A stretch of 64,000 bases of DNA from the IMG/VR virus record IMGVR_UViG_3300006802_000002, positions 917-64,916 of that record. One strand, written 5' to 3'. Made by a program: the position numbers and the translations under genes. This DNA is from a virus (taxonomy: Duplodnaviria > Caudoviricetes). The notes below the pieces were generated by a model. That model searched no databases and was not told the DNA's origin. It saw only the letters and a list, made by a program, of their open reading frames with translations. This document shows positions 33,552 through 43,984 of the stretch, one piece after another; position 1 is the stretch's first letter, and each line of letters begins with the position of its first letter.

Positions 33552-34006
33552 TATATAAAGTTCTCCCAACCATAAACAGTATTGGTAGCATCGGTAGTGA
33601 TAGAACCTACGTTAGTTAATTGTGAACCGTCTACAGCAGGCAATTTACCGCTACTATCTAGTTGAACAATCTGGTTAGCTCCTGTACCTGCGTTAACATT
33701 TAATACAGGATTACCACCAACACCATTAGGAAATCCAATAGTTATTGTACCATTAGTGCAGGTTAATTGTACAGCAGCAAAAGCTCCCCCAGAGCTAGAC
33801 ACAACTAATCCTGTAGCTCCAGATAGACCATTTAAGCCCATATTAGTGATAGGAGAACCACCACCAGGAGTGCTATCATGGTTGTGCCCAGAACCAGCGT
33901 CCATAGCTGCTTGAAGCTTATTAAACTCCAGATTAAAGGAGTTACTTAGAATAGTTAAGTTAGGGGCTATTTGTGCGGATGCTTGTCTAGTATATCCAGT
34001 AGCCAT
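33551..34006 (-). CDS. Short tail-fibre adaptor protein
   Basis: MATGYTRQ...EFNKL...GHNHD N-terminal anchor; LDSSGKLPAVDGSQLT fibre motif. Confidence 0.7.
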   Translation of the reverse strand: MATGYTRQASAQIAPNLTILSNSFNLEFNKLQAAMDAGSGHNHDSTPGGGSPITNMGLNGLSGATGLVVSSSGGAFAAVQLTCTNGTITIGFPNGVGGNPVLNVNAGTGANQIVQLDSSGKLPAVDGSQLTNVGSITTDATNTVYGWENFI

Positions 34007-35604
34007 TATCGTCTCCCATTAAGCGCATATTCAATAGAAAGAGACCTTACAGTAAAAGGTGCTCCCCCTGTACCATAAAGTACAAAGCTTGAGGATAGCG
34101 CTGACCCTTCTAATTGAACACAGAAACGTACATCTGTGAAGGCATTCGAGTCAAATATAAATCCATTATCATATGTTATAGCAGGGTCATCATAAGTAGC
34201 CGCATTAACAATTCTACCTAATTCTCTATCAACAGGTTGTGTTACAGAACTATCATTAAAATCATATATAGAACCTGTATAGATAGTTGTGTTACCTTCT
34301 GCATAAATATAAGCACAAAGTCTGTAGAAGGTCTTACGCATACGGGCATCTTCAAATGCCATGTGAGGGCTTTGAAGATACCAAGACATAGTTACTGTGG
34401 TAGAGGCAGTGCTAGCAGTACTAAAGCCTGTAAAATTACTGCCACTCTCCTGTTTATATACATAATTATCAGCAGTATCATTATGTGCGTGTACTACTAA
34501 TTCTGTTTCAGAAGATAAGTATCTACTATCGCAACAATAAATAGAAGCACCTAGGAAATCAAACCATTCCCAATTAACTCCACCATCAGAAGATTGACGT
34601 AATCCACCGATTAAGCCCCCTTGAGACGATCTGTCCATACTTGATCTAGAAGAAAATATCCTATACTGAGACTTACTTCTAATAACTACAGCAGAGGTAG
34701 AACCATCCGCATAGTTTTCTATAGAAACTAAATCAATAGCTTTCTTTTGTATTGGTCTACTTAAGTTGGAAATATCTACGTCACCAATACGCATGGTACC
34801 GGCAACAGTTCTTAGACCATCAGAAGATAGGAATACTAAGTCACCACCAAGTTCTTTAATGCTATCTGGAGCAACACAACCTATATTCATGGTTACAGGA
34901 CTTAATACCCAATCGGATGCACTTGTGCCTGTGATTTTAGAAATATTATGGCGTCCAAAAATAAATAATTCATCACGCCAAACGCCATGTCCATGTACCG
35001 CAAAACCAACATTAATTGATCCTGCACCAGCGGTAGCATCATAATTATTATCGTCACCAGGAGCACTAAAAGTTAATGTTTGAGAATTAGCCCCAGATAG
35101 CCATAAGTGACGTTTAAATTCTGTAGCAAAAGTTTGTCCCGAGGGAGCATTATTTAAGTCTGAATATACTCCATTAGAATATTTAGCAGGAGTATTTACA
35201 CCATCAACAAATGTAGTAGTTGGATATACCCAATTGTATGCTGTACCTCTATATTTACCTGCACCTGTTCTAGCTACTGTTGCTGTACTAGTTAATTCTG
35301 TCCAGGCTGTAGCACTTGTAGATGCAAAAAATACTTTAGTAGAGCGCATGGCAACTACGCCAGTTTCATGTACGAATGTACCTAGAATTTGCCCAGTCCC
35401 AGGTACAGCAGCTTCATTATAGCGAGTGTAGCCTGAAATACGTCTATAACCACCAATTAAAGCGGTTTCAAAGTTAATTCCTCTAGTAAGAGAGCCGGGA
35501 CGATTTTCACCTTGCCAAATAAGGTCTTCGTTATTTACAGTCCCGCCCTCAAGCAGAATTTGCTTTGTGCCCCACCTATCTTTACTTTTATTCTCTAAAG
35601 GCAT
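34006..35604 (-). CDS. Tail tubular protein B / nozzle (beta-propeller)
   Basis: GGYRRISGY, NIGCVAPDSI, GGDLVFLSSDGLR; follows the adaptor gene. Confidence 0.75.
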   Translation of the reverse strand: MPLENKSKDRWGTKQILLEGGTVNNEDLIWQGENRPGSLTRGINFETALIGGYRRISGYTRYNEAAVPGTGQILGTFVHETGVVAMRSTKVFFASTSATAWTELTSTATVARTGAGKYRGTAYNWVYPTTTFVDGVNTPAKYSNGVYSDLNNAPSGQTFATEFKRHLWLSGANSQTLTFSAPGDDNNYDATAGAGSINVGFAVHGHGVWRDELFIFGRHNISKITGTSASDWVLSPVTMNIGCVAPDSIKELGGDLVFLSSDGLRTVAGTMRIGDVDISNLSRPIQKKAIDLVSIENYADGSTSAVVIRSKSQYRIFSSRSSMDRSSQGGLIGGLRQSSDGGVNWEWFDFLGASIYCCDSRYLSSETELVVHAHNDTADNYVYKQESGSNFTGFSTASTASTTVTMSWYLQSPHMAFEDARMRKTFYRLCAYIYAEGNTTIYTGSIYDFNDSSVTQPVDRELGRIVNAATYDDPAITYDNGFIFDSNAFTDVRFCVQLEGSALSSSFVLYGTGGAPFTVRSLSIEYALNGRR

Positions 35605-36335
35605 TAGAAGAACCTACTAGGACCTGTTAAAGCTCTTGGTCTAACTACTCTTGGGTCTTTTGCATCTGTAAATCCAGGAACAATTTGACGAAGCATTTGA
35701 TTAATTCCTTGCTTACTTTCGTCTTTAATTCCTGATGCAGACTCAATATTTTCACGGAACATATAAGCGTAATACATTGCTCTATTAATTAACACATCAA
35801 TAAATTGATCTGGAATGACTGTAGTATCATTATAATTAACTAACTCAGCAGGAACTTCGTAAATAAAATAGTCGATAGTATACACTCTATCAGGCCATGG
35901 ACTTACTATAATAGTGCTACCCGAAGTAGGTCTAGTAACCCATTGTGGCTGAGAATATTGTGTACTATCCGCTTGAGCATCTACAGGAAATCTGTAGCGC
36001 ATATATAAATTATAATCCATATAAGTTAATACAGACTGAACTACAGGAGGAGTAGCTGTATTATCTTTACGAATTTGCATTGTATAAAAATCAACGGGAG
36101 CTAATGATTGGCTAATAGAATATTCATTAGTGCTGGAGCTTGTAGTAATAGTTTGTGCAACTCTTAAAAAGGGCCAGAATTGATAAAGGTGAATAATATC
36201 TTTAATGGCTGCATTAACAGCATCTTTAGCCTGTTGATTAAAACCTGTTGCAGAAGCAAAATTAGACTGCGTTAAAGCAGTCTCATTAAGCCTAGTTAAT
36301 ACTTTATTGGTTAACTGTAAAAAGGTATAGGCCAT
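35604..36335 (-). CDS. Tail tubular protein A / head-tail adaptor
   Basis: TFLQLTNKVLTRLNE, WPFL, PWPD and IPDQF motifs; synteny. Confidence 0.75.
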   Translation of the reverse strand: MAYTFLQLTNKVLTRLNETALTQSNFASATGFNQQAKDAVNAAIKDIIHLYQFWPFLRVAQTITTSSSTNEYSISQSLAPVDFYTMQIRKDNTATPPVVQSVLTYMDYNLYMRYRFPVDAQADSTQYSQPQWVTRPTSGSTIIVSPWPDRVYTIDYFIYEVPAELVNYNDTTVIPDQFIDVLINRAMYYAYMFRENIESASGIKDESKQGINQMLRQIVPGFTDAKDPRVVRPRALTGPSRFF

Positions 36336-36350
36336 TAATTAACCTTCAAG

Positions 36351-36384
36351 AAAAAAGGCCGAGGCCAAAAACTGACCCCGGCCT
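36351..36384 (-). terminator. Rho-independent terminator after the capsid genes
   Basis: Minus strand AGGCCGGGGTCA-gtttt-TGGCCTCGGCCT followed by a U-tract. Confidence 0.85.
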
Positions 36385-36412
36385 ATAACTAAGGTATTTG
36401 TTTTTGTTATTC

Positions 36413-36946
36413 TTAGTTTACGCGAGTTGTGATAGCAGACACGTCCATAAGAACAGCAAATACACGAAGCTTTGCGTCAGGAACAGCAGTACCTACAGTG
36501 ACACGTACAGTAGTACCGTTTGTACTCGAAACAATATAGCCAATAGCACCAGAAGCAGTAGACGAGGCAGTATTTACGGTCCATGTTGGAGAGCTTAAGA
36601 GAATGCCGGTAGCACTTACGCTTGTAGCTGCAATCATAGTAGTAGCTGGAGCCACTAGAGCGACTGCAATTGTGCCGTTAGTGTTTGCGGTAGCTGCACG
36701 TTGCTTATCTAGACCCGCAAGCAGGACTAAAGTATTTGTAGGAACAGGTAGAACGTCGATAGTATCACCTGAAACTACAGAAGTTAGTGCAGTGTAGTAG
36801 TTGTTTTGATAAGTAGATGCGACTACAGCGGTTGAGCTAAGGTCGAAAATCTTATCAACATTGTACATGACTGGCACATCGCGTGTGGTCTCATGTAATG
36901 GGCTTGAGGTTGAGTTATAACCTAGTGCGACAACAAAGTTAGCCAT
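36413..36946 (-). CDS. Putative capsid decoration protein (very Ser/Thr-rich)
   Basis: Follows the MCP, precedes the terminator; beta-rich composition. Confidence 0.6.
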   Translation of the reverse strand: MANFVVALGYNSTSSPLHETTRDVPVMYNVDKIFDLSSTAVVASTYQNNYYTALTSVVSGDTIDVLPVPTNTLVLLAGLDKQRAATANTNGTIAVALVAPATTMIAATSVSATGILLSSPTWTVNTASSTASGAIGYIVSSTNGTTVRVTVGTAVPDAKLRVFAVLMDVSAITTRVN

Positions 36947-36965
36947 TTTCTATATTCCTTTCCTA

Positions 36966-37907
36966 TTAAGCACCACGGTTATAGTAAACTACAGCGAGAG
37001 CATCTTGACGTAGTGTCTTACGACCATATAGGTGTAGTCCACGAACAACGTCGGCAAAGCTATCTGGGTCACGGAATGTTTCAGTCTTAGCAATCTGTGA
37101 AACAGTTGCAGTTGAAGACATATGACCAGCTAATAGAATACCATAGTCGGTTGAAGCAGAGCTATCAGGACCGATACCGCCGGTAGTTAATGAGTTAGAC
37201 ATATAGCAGCTAAAGCCACGAATATCGCCTTCAATAACCTTACCGTTCCACATACCAGTACGTAGTTGAGACTTTGCATCACCAGTTTGGTTAACCTGCA
37301 TTAAGCGGCTTTCCTCTTGTTGCATTTGTTCCCAGAAGAATGGGCCAGCAACAAACCAACGGCCATCTGTAGGAACGTTTAGTTCGTCAAGCTTACGATT
37401 GATACGAGCTAGAATGTTCAATGGAGAATAGCCACCTGTTGGAGGGCTAACTCTTACAGCGGTTGGTGAAGAACTTGAACCGATAATTGTGGTTGCTTGA
37501 CCTGCCATATAAGTTAAGATTTCAGAGTCAAAAGCATCCTTAAGCTTGAATGCGGCACGTTCTTGAGCAAGTGACTCCCAATTTACGTGTGAGTGCTTTG
37601 CTTCAATATCGTCAACCTTGAATGCAAACTTATTGGCCTTATCAACAACCATAGTGATATCGTTGTCGATTAGATCAACTGGAATGACTTGTTGACCTCT
37701 TACATATGGAGAAACGGTAACGTCTGGTTCTAGTACGATACGTACTGAGTCACCATAGTTAGCGATTTCACCTGCATAGTCAGTATTGGTGATTGCTTCG
37801 ATAACCGAAACTCTACGAAATGTTTTTAATACCTTCTGGCTGAAAATTACTGGCGAGAAGGCGCCGTTAGGAAGGTTTCCATAACCGGCCGCGACTGGGA
37901 AAGCCAT
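36966..37907 (-). CDS. Major capsid protein
   Basis: FSPVIFSQKV, TNTDYAGEIANYGDSVRI, VPTDGRW, FADVVRGLHLYG; strong AAGGAG RBS. Confidence 0.92.
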   Translation of the reverse strand: MAFPVAAGYGNLPNGAFSPVIFSQKVLKTFRRVSVIEAITNTDYAGEIANYGDSVRIVLEPDVTVSPYVRGQQVIPVDLIDNDITMVVDKANKFAFKVDDIEAKHSHVNWESLAQERAAFKLKDAFDSEILTYMAGQATTIIGSSSSPTAVRVSPPTGGYSPLNILARINRKLDELNVPTDGRWFVAGPFFWEQMQQEESRLMQVNQTGDAKSQLRTGMWNGKVIEGDIRGFSCYMSNSLTTGGIGPDSSASTDYGILLAGHMSSTATVSQIAKTETFRDPDSFADVVRGLHLYGRKTLRQDALAVVYYNRGA

Positions 37908-38010
37908 TTAAAATCTCCTTAAAAATCAAATTGTTAATTAAAACTATTTCACTTTTAGGGCTGATTTATTTAGGTGTCCCAGATTGGAGGCTAAATAACA
38001 AACAGGTATT

Positions 38011-38508
38011 CTAAAGTGCTTTGGCTGCGTGTCTTATTAGGTCCTTAAATTCATTTTCTGAATAATCAGACTTCATTTGATTAATAAACCAACACACCCA
38101 TCTAACATTATCTTTTGTGTATCCTTTAGAGCTGTCTATTCTATCTAGAGAACCCTGATAAGGATTTTTAATACCTGGGACTTTAGAATATTCTAAAGGT
38201 AATCCAGTAAACGTGCATAAACCATTTTGCTTATTCCATAAATCAGTGAGAAATTGGTAATCTATGGAAAATTCATATTTATTTCTATGTCTAGCCTGTC
38301 CTAAGCTATACATAACAAAGCCTTCAAAAGAATTTCTATACTTATTTTTTAAATCTTTTATAAAGGCTTTATTATTTTTTCTATATTCTTTTGAGCTAAG
38401 TGCTTGACATTGCTTACAAATTGATCGTTTTCCGTACTTCCCGCCCTTATGTTTATCAAATTCTTCTAAGTCTTTGATTTCGTGACAGGAAGTACATTCT
38501 TTATTCAT
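38011..38508 (-). CDS. Free-standing HNH-like homing endonuclease
   Basis: CTSC...CKQC, CTFTG and SLDRIDSSKGYTKDNVRWVC; own promoter TTGACT-N17-TAAACT at about 38517-38545. Confidence 0.8.
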   Translation of the reverse strand: MNKECTSCHEIKDLEEFDKHKGGKYGKRSICKQCQALSSKEYRKNNKAFIKDLKNKYRNSFEGFVMYSLGQARHRNKYEFSIDYQFLTDLWNKQNGLCTFTGLPLEYSKVPGIKNPYQGSLDRIDSSKGYTKDNVRWVCWFINQMKSDYSENEFKDLIRHAAKAL

Positions 38509-38549
38509 TCAATAATAGTTTACATAATATTTATAGTAAAGTCAACTAC

Positions 38550-39425
38550 TTATTGTGCTTTACCACTTAAATCATAAACAAATCTACCTTCTCTACGAGC
38601 TTGGTCAATAACATCTTCAAACTTTTCAAAGTCTTTTCTTGAAAGTTTTGCTACTTCACTTTCGCGAATAATAGTTTTCTCTTGATTATTGCCTAATTCT
38701 ACAGATGGAGGTGTTTGTACTGCTAATGCTGCATTCACGTTATTAACTTCTTTCTTTGGCTCTGTCTTAAGTGGGGTAGTCTTCCCTGTGACAGCCATAT
38801 ACATCTTTAATACTTCTGCAATCTTATATGGATCAACACTATCATATACGATTGACTTAAATTCAGAACGTACAGGGTCCATAATCCACTTAATAAACTG
38901 TGGGTCTTCATTAAAAGACTTCCAATTTGGGACTAGTGTAGTTAGAATAGCAGCAGCTTTTTCTTGTTCTGTTTCTTCATTGGTAGTTTTTAGGCTATCA
39001 ATTTGATTTTGTAATGCTTGCATTTGAGACTGTAGGCTTGACGTAGCAACAGTTACGATAATATCGTAAGAGTCTTTGTACTGTTCTTTCCAAGCAGCAA
39101 CTTCTTCGGCTGTCTTTGGTAAACCTTCCATAGACTTTGCTACAGTAAGTTTATTAATTTGATCCTGTAATTCTCTTACAGTCTTCTCAGTCTCTTTTTC
39201 TTTTTGCTGACTAAAGCGTCTTAGGTCCCCATATCGCTTCTTCCAAGTATCTTCATTATCTCCTGGATTAAGCTTTGGTTGTTCCTCTTGCATAGGCTGA
39301 CCAATTTGTGGTCTACGCTCTTTTACAGCAACTTTAGGAAGCTCGTCATCATTTTCAACTCTATGATAAGGCTTTGCAATAACTGTTGGTGGGGTATTAT
39401 TAGTAGCCACCGATGTAATACTCAT
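38550..39425 (-). CDS. Capsid scaffolding protein
   Basis: WKKRYGDLRR, coiled coil, C-terminal ARREGRFVYD; upstream of the MCP. Confidence 0.8.
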   Translation of the reverse strand: MSITSVATNNTPPTVIAKPYHRVENDDELPKVAVKERRPQIGQPMQEEQPKLNPGDNEDTWKKRYGDLRRFSQQKEKETEKTVRELQDQINKLTVAKSMEGLPKTAEEVAAWKEQYKDSYDIIVTVATSSLQSQMQALQNQIDSLKTTNEETEQEKAAAILTTLVPNWKSFNEDPQFIKWIMDPVRSEFKSIVYDSVDPYKIAEVLKMYMAVTGKTTPLKTEPKKEVNNVNAALAVQTPPSVELGNNQEKTIIRESEVAKLSRKDFEKFEDVIDQARREGRFVYDLSGKAQ

Positions 39426-39454
39426 AAATAGTTCTCCTTAGTGTTAATAGCACT

Positions 39455-39483
39455 ATTCTATAATATAATTAAATTGATGTCAA
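39455..39483 (-). promoter_or_regulatory. Sigma70-type promoter for scaffold/capsid genes
   Basis: TTGACA-N17-TAGAAT. Confidence 0.75.
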
Positions 39484-41313
39484 TTATTGATCTGTACCTA
39501 TATCTATTTGAGGACCACCTTCAAGACCTGCATTTCTATCTCCAGCATTCTTTTCATTATCTGCTTGAATAGCGTCTCTTTCTTCTTGTGATGCAGCATT
39601 CTTTTCTAGAGTATTAGCTAATTCATCACTACCTAAACCTGCCCTACGTTCTGCTACAGTAACGTACGCAGGGTCTTCTTTAGCAAAGAAACCACGTCCT
39701 GTAATAGCATCTATAACAGACCCTACTCCAAAATTAGGAGTACGTCCCATTGCATCAGTCCAATCTCTAACGCTTTCATAATCTGGTAAAGTATCTCTTT
39801 GGGTTTCTTTATCCATGTCTAAATCATTAAGATACTTACCTGCTTGTTCAGCAGCTACTTCACCACCAGCAGCCATCTTACGATTGTCTAATTGACCCTT
39901 ACCAGTCAAAGAAGACTGGTCTTTAGACCTACCTAAAGGGCTTTTTCCTAGGTTCCTCCCAATATATCTTGGACCCATACTTTTAGAGTCTCTATAGGCT
40001 GATGGCATGGGATCAATACCTGTGGTATTATCTGGGGGTAATGTACCACCTGACTTTAAACCAACAGGACCGCCCCCAGGCTGGCTTTGAGATAGATTAT
40101 TAGGCTTACCTTGACTTTGGTATCCGTATCCCTTTTTATGCTTTAAGTGTGCAACTTTCATGGCTAAAGATGAACCTTCTGGAGCATTGGATAAGTCTCC
40201 ACCAGATTTCATAAATAAATCGTCTTCATCTTCTTCGCCATGTTCTAGTTCTTCTACTTCTTCTAGAAGTTCTGCATGTTCTTCAATTTCTTCAATAGCA
40301 TGATGTTCTAAGAGTTCTATGGCGGGAGTTTCTTTAATAAGTTGTTTAGTAGTTTTACCTCCAAGAATAGCTTGTGGTTCTACTTCACCTTCTTCTCCTG
40401 GATTTTTACCATCCCCAGGACGTCTAATTTGACCAGCAGCTTCCATAGCAGCTAATCCCTTAAGTGCTTTATCACGAAGGGCAATAATAGTTTCTAAACC
40501 AAGATAACGGACAACATTAGCAGGTAATACGAATTCACCCTTAGAAAGCATTACAGGTTGGTCATCAGCTACTTCTTCTGGCAAAGCACCTGGAGGAGGT
40601 TCATTAGAGCCACCTTTATTCATTTCAACAGAATTATTGAAATTCTGCATACCTGCTAACCCGCCATCCATCATACCGGGGCGATGCTTACCCATTAAAT
40701 CAATCTCGCCCATATCACCGCCATCCTGTAGACCAATTCTAGATTGATCTGCGGCAGGATCAGCACCACCACTTACAGAACCCCCATATTCCATTTTAGC
40801 TTCATCTTCTAGACCACCTTCTTTTTGGGTTGGTTTAGTTAATAGTCCGCCCTTTTTCATGGCAGGAGTGTTGGTTTGCTGTTGATTAGCAACATTTAAA
40901 GCCTGTCCAGGAGACATTCCTTTAGATTGATTAGCAGCGGCAGCAGCTTGCATTTGCTGTGGAGGTTGCATATTAGGCATTTCCCCATTTAATCCTGGGG
41001 CGTTTTGTGGTTGCATTGGGCTCTCCTGTTGAACTGGCCCATTAGGGTTATCTTTAGCTTGATTTATACTACCGGATACACCCTTTACAGGTGCAGTAGC
41101 AGCAGCAACAATTTCTCTTGTAATAGTTTCTGTAGGAATTCCTGTCTTCTTATGCACTTCACTAATAAAGGCTTCATCAGACCCAAATTTCTTTACAATT
41201 TGTTCTACTACAGTGTCATATACAATAGGCTTGCCCGCAGAACTTAAAAGCTTTTCATAAAGCTGTTTCGCATTAAGCTCTGTGGTGTTTTCTTTATTTT
41301 GTTGCTTTTGCAT
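39484..41313 (-). CDS. Head-associated protein with repeated (M/L)xxGG motifs
   Basis: MKKGG, MEYGG, LQDGG, MMDGG, MNKGG, MKSGG, LKSGG, MAAGG; ADDQPVMLSKGEFVLPANVV domain. Confidence 0.55.
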   Translation of the reverse strand: MQKQQNKENTTELNAKQLYEKLLSSAGKPIVYDTVVEQIVKKFGSDEAFISEVHKKTGIPTETITREIVAAATAPVKGVSGSINQAKDNPNGPVQQESPMQPQNAPGLNGEMPNMQPPQQMQAAAAANQSKGMSPGQALNVANQQQTNTPAMKKGGLLTKPTQKEGGLEDEAKMEYGGSVSGGADPAADQSRIGLQDGGDMGEIDLMGKHRPGMMDGGLAGMQNFNNSVEMNKGGSNEPPPGALPEEVADDQPVMLSKGEFVLPANVVRYLGLETIIALRDKALKGLAAMEAAGQIRRPGDGKNPGEEGEVEPQAILGGKTTKQLIKETPAIELLEHHAIEEIEEHAELLEEVEELEHGEEDEDDLFMKSGGDLSNAPEGSSLAMKVAHLKHKKGYGYQSQGKPNNLSQSQPGGGPVGLKSGGTLPPDNTTGIDPMPSAYRDSKSMGPRYIGRNLGKSPLGRSKDQSSLTGKGQLDNRKMAAGGEVAAEQAGKYLNDLDMDKETQRDTLPDYESVRDWTDAMGRTPNFGVGSVIDAITGRGFFAKEDPAYVTVAERRAGLGSDELANTLEKNAASQEERDAIQADNEKNAGDRNAGLEGGPQIDIGTDQ

Positions 41314-41518
41314 GTTCGGCCCTCAGTGCTTCTCTGGCTCTTTTAAGCTCTTTTAATTCAGCTATTGCCCCTTGTTGTTTTAATAAAGTATCTCCAGAAG
41401 CGTTATCATTAAGTTCTCTTAATTTATTAATTCTATAATTTATATAAGCCTCAATACTAATCCACATTTCAGGATTATTAAACACCCATAAAATTTCTTC
41501 TTTAAGCTTATGATCCAT
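41294..41518 (-). CDS. Small conserved protein after the portal
   Basis: QQGAIAEL motif; synteny. Confidence 0.6.
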   Translation of the reverse strand: MDHKLKEEILWVFNNPEMWISIEAYINYRINKLRELNDNASGDTLLKQQGAIAELKELKRAREALRAEHAKATK

Positions 41519-43659
41519 TATTGGCCTTGGCCTTTTTCTTGATCTGGTGTGGAATGCCCTTGTTCTCCTGGACCTGGGGCACTTCCGGTACCAATAGTAC
41601 CATCACCATTTCCATTGGCCCCTTGGTCATTACCACTTGGAGCAGGATTACCAGTTTGTTGCATTGCCATCATTTGCTTTAGAATTTGAGCCTGTTCCAT
41701 AGCCTCAAGAGAAGTATTAGTAGTCTTATCAGGATCAAGGTCCATACTTCTAGAAATCTCTCTAAGAAGATATGGGAACTTAGCGTATGGGGCAAGTGTT
41801 GGATTACTTACAACTTGTAGGAAGTTAGTAAGTCTCTGGCTCCTTACTTCGTTACGCATTAAGCTATCAGTACCACGAGCGATTACTTCAAGATCACCTT
41901 TAATCTCTTTGTCAAAGTCAAATTGCATATTGAAGGCAAACATGCTTTCCCCGAGAGGTTGAAGCAAGTAGTCATCAACGTTTTTAATAACAGTCCTAGT
42001 ATTGCCAGCAGCAGCGCCCATAACCATACTAATACCACTAGAGGTACGGCCAAGGTTAGGACCAATACTCGCGTTACCATGAGTAATCGAGGGAATACCT
42101 GTAGCTTCATCTGCTAATTCTCTAGCCTTATCAAACATACTAAGGTTGTCTTTAACAACATTAGGAAATGTGTGAGAGTAAATGCTTTGTCCTGGTTGAC
42201 CACCATTCTTTTTAAAGATTTTACCAGGATACAATGTCATGTCTTGTCCTGGAACAAGCATAGTTTCATCAATTTCAAAGATTAATGAACCACTTAGTAC
42301 GCCGTTATCTACAGCCATTCTCATAAAGCCATTCATGAGAAGTTGTGTATCTGACATATTCTCTGCTAGACCAACTCCCCAAATTAGATATGGTTGTAGT
42401 TCATAGGGAACCATATAATAGGGAATACGTTGTGGAGTAAATGGATTAATTACTAAACGTAATACTTCACTGCCGCAAATCCAGCAGTTTACTGAGATTT
42501 CATCTTGATCTGAATATTCAGGAGGAATTTCGATACCTTGAGCAGCAGCAATCTGCCTATCCATCATTCCCCAATATTCAAATACTTCATAACGCTCAAC
42601 AGCGGGCACCATTGGCATGTCCGAAATGACAGGTTCCCACCAAAGTCTATTATAGTTATACCCACTTAAAATACATCTTTCGATGTTATCGGAAATAAAA
42701 TATGGACGCTTTTTAAGCGCTCTCATTTGAGTGCGATTAAGTCTATGACGCTCAATCATGTAACTTAATTGTGTGGTATTAAAAGCATCTGGATCAGGAT
42801 ATAAATTCCAAATAGAGGTAGCTTCTACAATTGGAATTAATTTCTTTACTGGTTTATACGCGCCAGTATCATCGTCCCATTTTGGATATTCTTTATAAAG
42901 TGCTAATGGGCCTTTCATAGCACCAGTGCCAAATAGCACCATTTCAAACATAGTCATACGAAGATGCTTAGAACCAGAAGACGAGTCTAGTTGGTCACTA
43001 ATCTTCTTTTCCATCTTCTTAGCAGCTTTTAATGCTGGTTCAATAGTTACAGAAGAAGGAGTAGGTCCCGGACCTGGACGTACATTTTTACCTTGGGTCT
43101 CTCTTTTAGTGTCTTCATCTAGAAGATCATTAATAGTAGCTCCAGGCTTTAATCCTTTACCATCCCCAGGATACCCGAATGGGCTTCCAGGGCCGTTGTA
43201 CATTTGAGAAGTAGCTGCTTCGATACTTGGATCAGTCTCGACGTGTACAACTTCTGCAATGCCTTCTGGCAGCTTTTTAGGCTCAATACCAATGGGGAAA
43301 GAGTTATTGGCTAATAGTACGTCAATAGTCTGACTAAATGCAGCTAGTACTTTAGTCTTTGTAATTTTAATAAATGCACGGCTTTTTTCGTTCTCTGTGA
43401 AAGCTACTTCTGGCCCGTATAAACCTCTGTAGTTTCTCCATGCGTCTAACCACCTATTTTCTGTAGGTCTACGTGCAGTTAAAGAACGCTGATAGCGATC
43501 CTTAATATATGCTACAACGCCACTTAATGCCTGCGTTTCGGCAGCACTAATTGGTGAAGCAGCAGCATCTAAAGCTACTGTACTTGTAGGAGTTGGAGGA
43601 TTTTGAGCAGGAGGTTGAACTACCTGCGGATTGTTAGGTAGCGAGAGTAAACCGCGCAT
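41518..43659 (-). CDS. Portal protein
   Basis: NYRGLY, FIKITKTKVLAA, GTGAMKGP, NLYPDPDA, YPGKIF; follows TerL. Confidence 0.9.
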   Translation of the reverse strand: MRGLLSLPNNPQVVQPPAQNPPTPTSTVALDAAASPISAAETQALSGVVAYIKDRYQRSLTARRPTENRWLDAWRNYRGLYGPEVAFTENEKSRAFIKITKTKVLAAFSQTIDVLLANNSFPIGIEPKKLPEGIAEVVHVETDPSIEAATSQMYNGPGSPFGYPGDGKGLKPGATINDLLDEDTKRETQGKNVRPGPGPTPSSVTIEPALKAAKKMEKKISDQLDSSSGSKHLRMTMFEMVLFGTGAMKGPLALYKEYPKWDDDTGAYKPVKKLIPIVEATSIWNLYPDPDAFNTTQLSYMIERHRLNRTQMRALKKRPYFISDNIERCILSGYNYNRLWWEPVISDMPMVPAVERYEVFEYWGMMDRQIAAAQGIEIPPEYSDQDEISVNCWICGSEVLRLVINPFTPQRIPYYMVPYELQPYLIWGVGLAENMSDTQLLMNGFMRMAVDNGVLSGSLIFEIDETMLVPGQDMTLYPGKIFKKNGGQPGQSIYSHTFPNVVKDNLSMFDKARELADEATGIPSITHGNASIGPNLGRTSSGISMVMGAAAGNTRTVIKNVDDYLLQPLGESMFAFNMQFDFDKEIKGDLEVIARGTDSLMRNEVRSQRLTNFLQVVSNPTLAPYAKFPYLLREISRSMDLDPDKTTNTSLEAMEQAQILKQMMAMQQTGNPAPSGNDQGANGNGDGTIGTGSAPGPGEQGHSTPDQEKGQGQ

Positions 43660-43682
43660 AATAACTCCTAATTAAGCTGGAG

Positions 43683-43973
43683 TTATTTACCAGCGTTTGC
43701 AGCCTTGCCAGTATCGTTATAAAGTTCGCGAATATCGGCCTTTTCAAAGATACTCTTATCAACACCACCACCAGCACCAGCCTTTTTAGCTTCTGAAACG
43801 CCATTTACAGGCACATCAGAGAGGTTAACACCAACTAGCGCCAAACCTCTACCTTCTAGACCTGCACCCTTTTCCTTGGCTTCCTTAGCGTCTGAAAGGT
43901 CACCCTGGGAAGTCTTTGCATACATATCGCCATTAGACTTTTTTTCAAACTTTAGGTCAATATCGTCTTTCAT
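43683..43973 (-). CDS. Hypothetical protein
   Basis: ORF with AAGGA RBS between TerL and portal. Confidence 0.55.
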   Translation of the reverse strand: MKDDIDLKFEKKSNGDMYAKTSQGDLSDAKEAKEKGAGLEGRGLALVGVNLSDVPVNGVSEAKKAGAGGGVDKSIFEKADIRELYNDTGKAANAGK

Positions 43974-43984
43974 TTTATTTCCTT

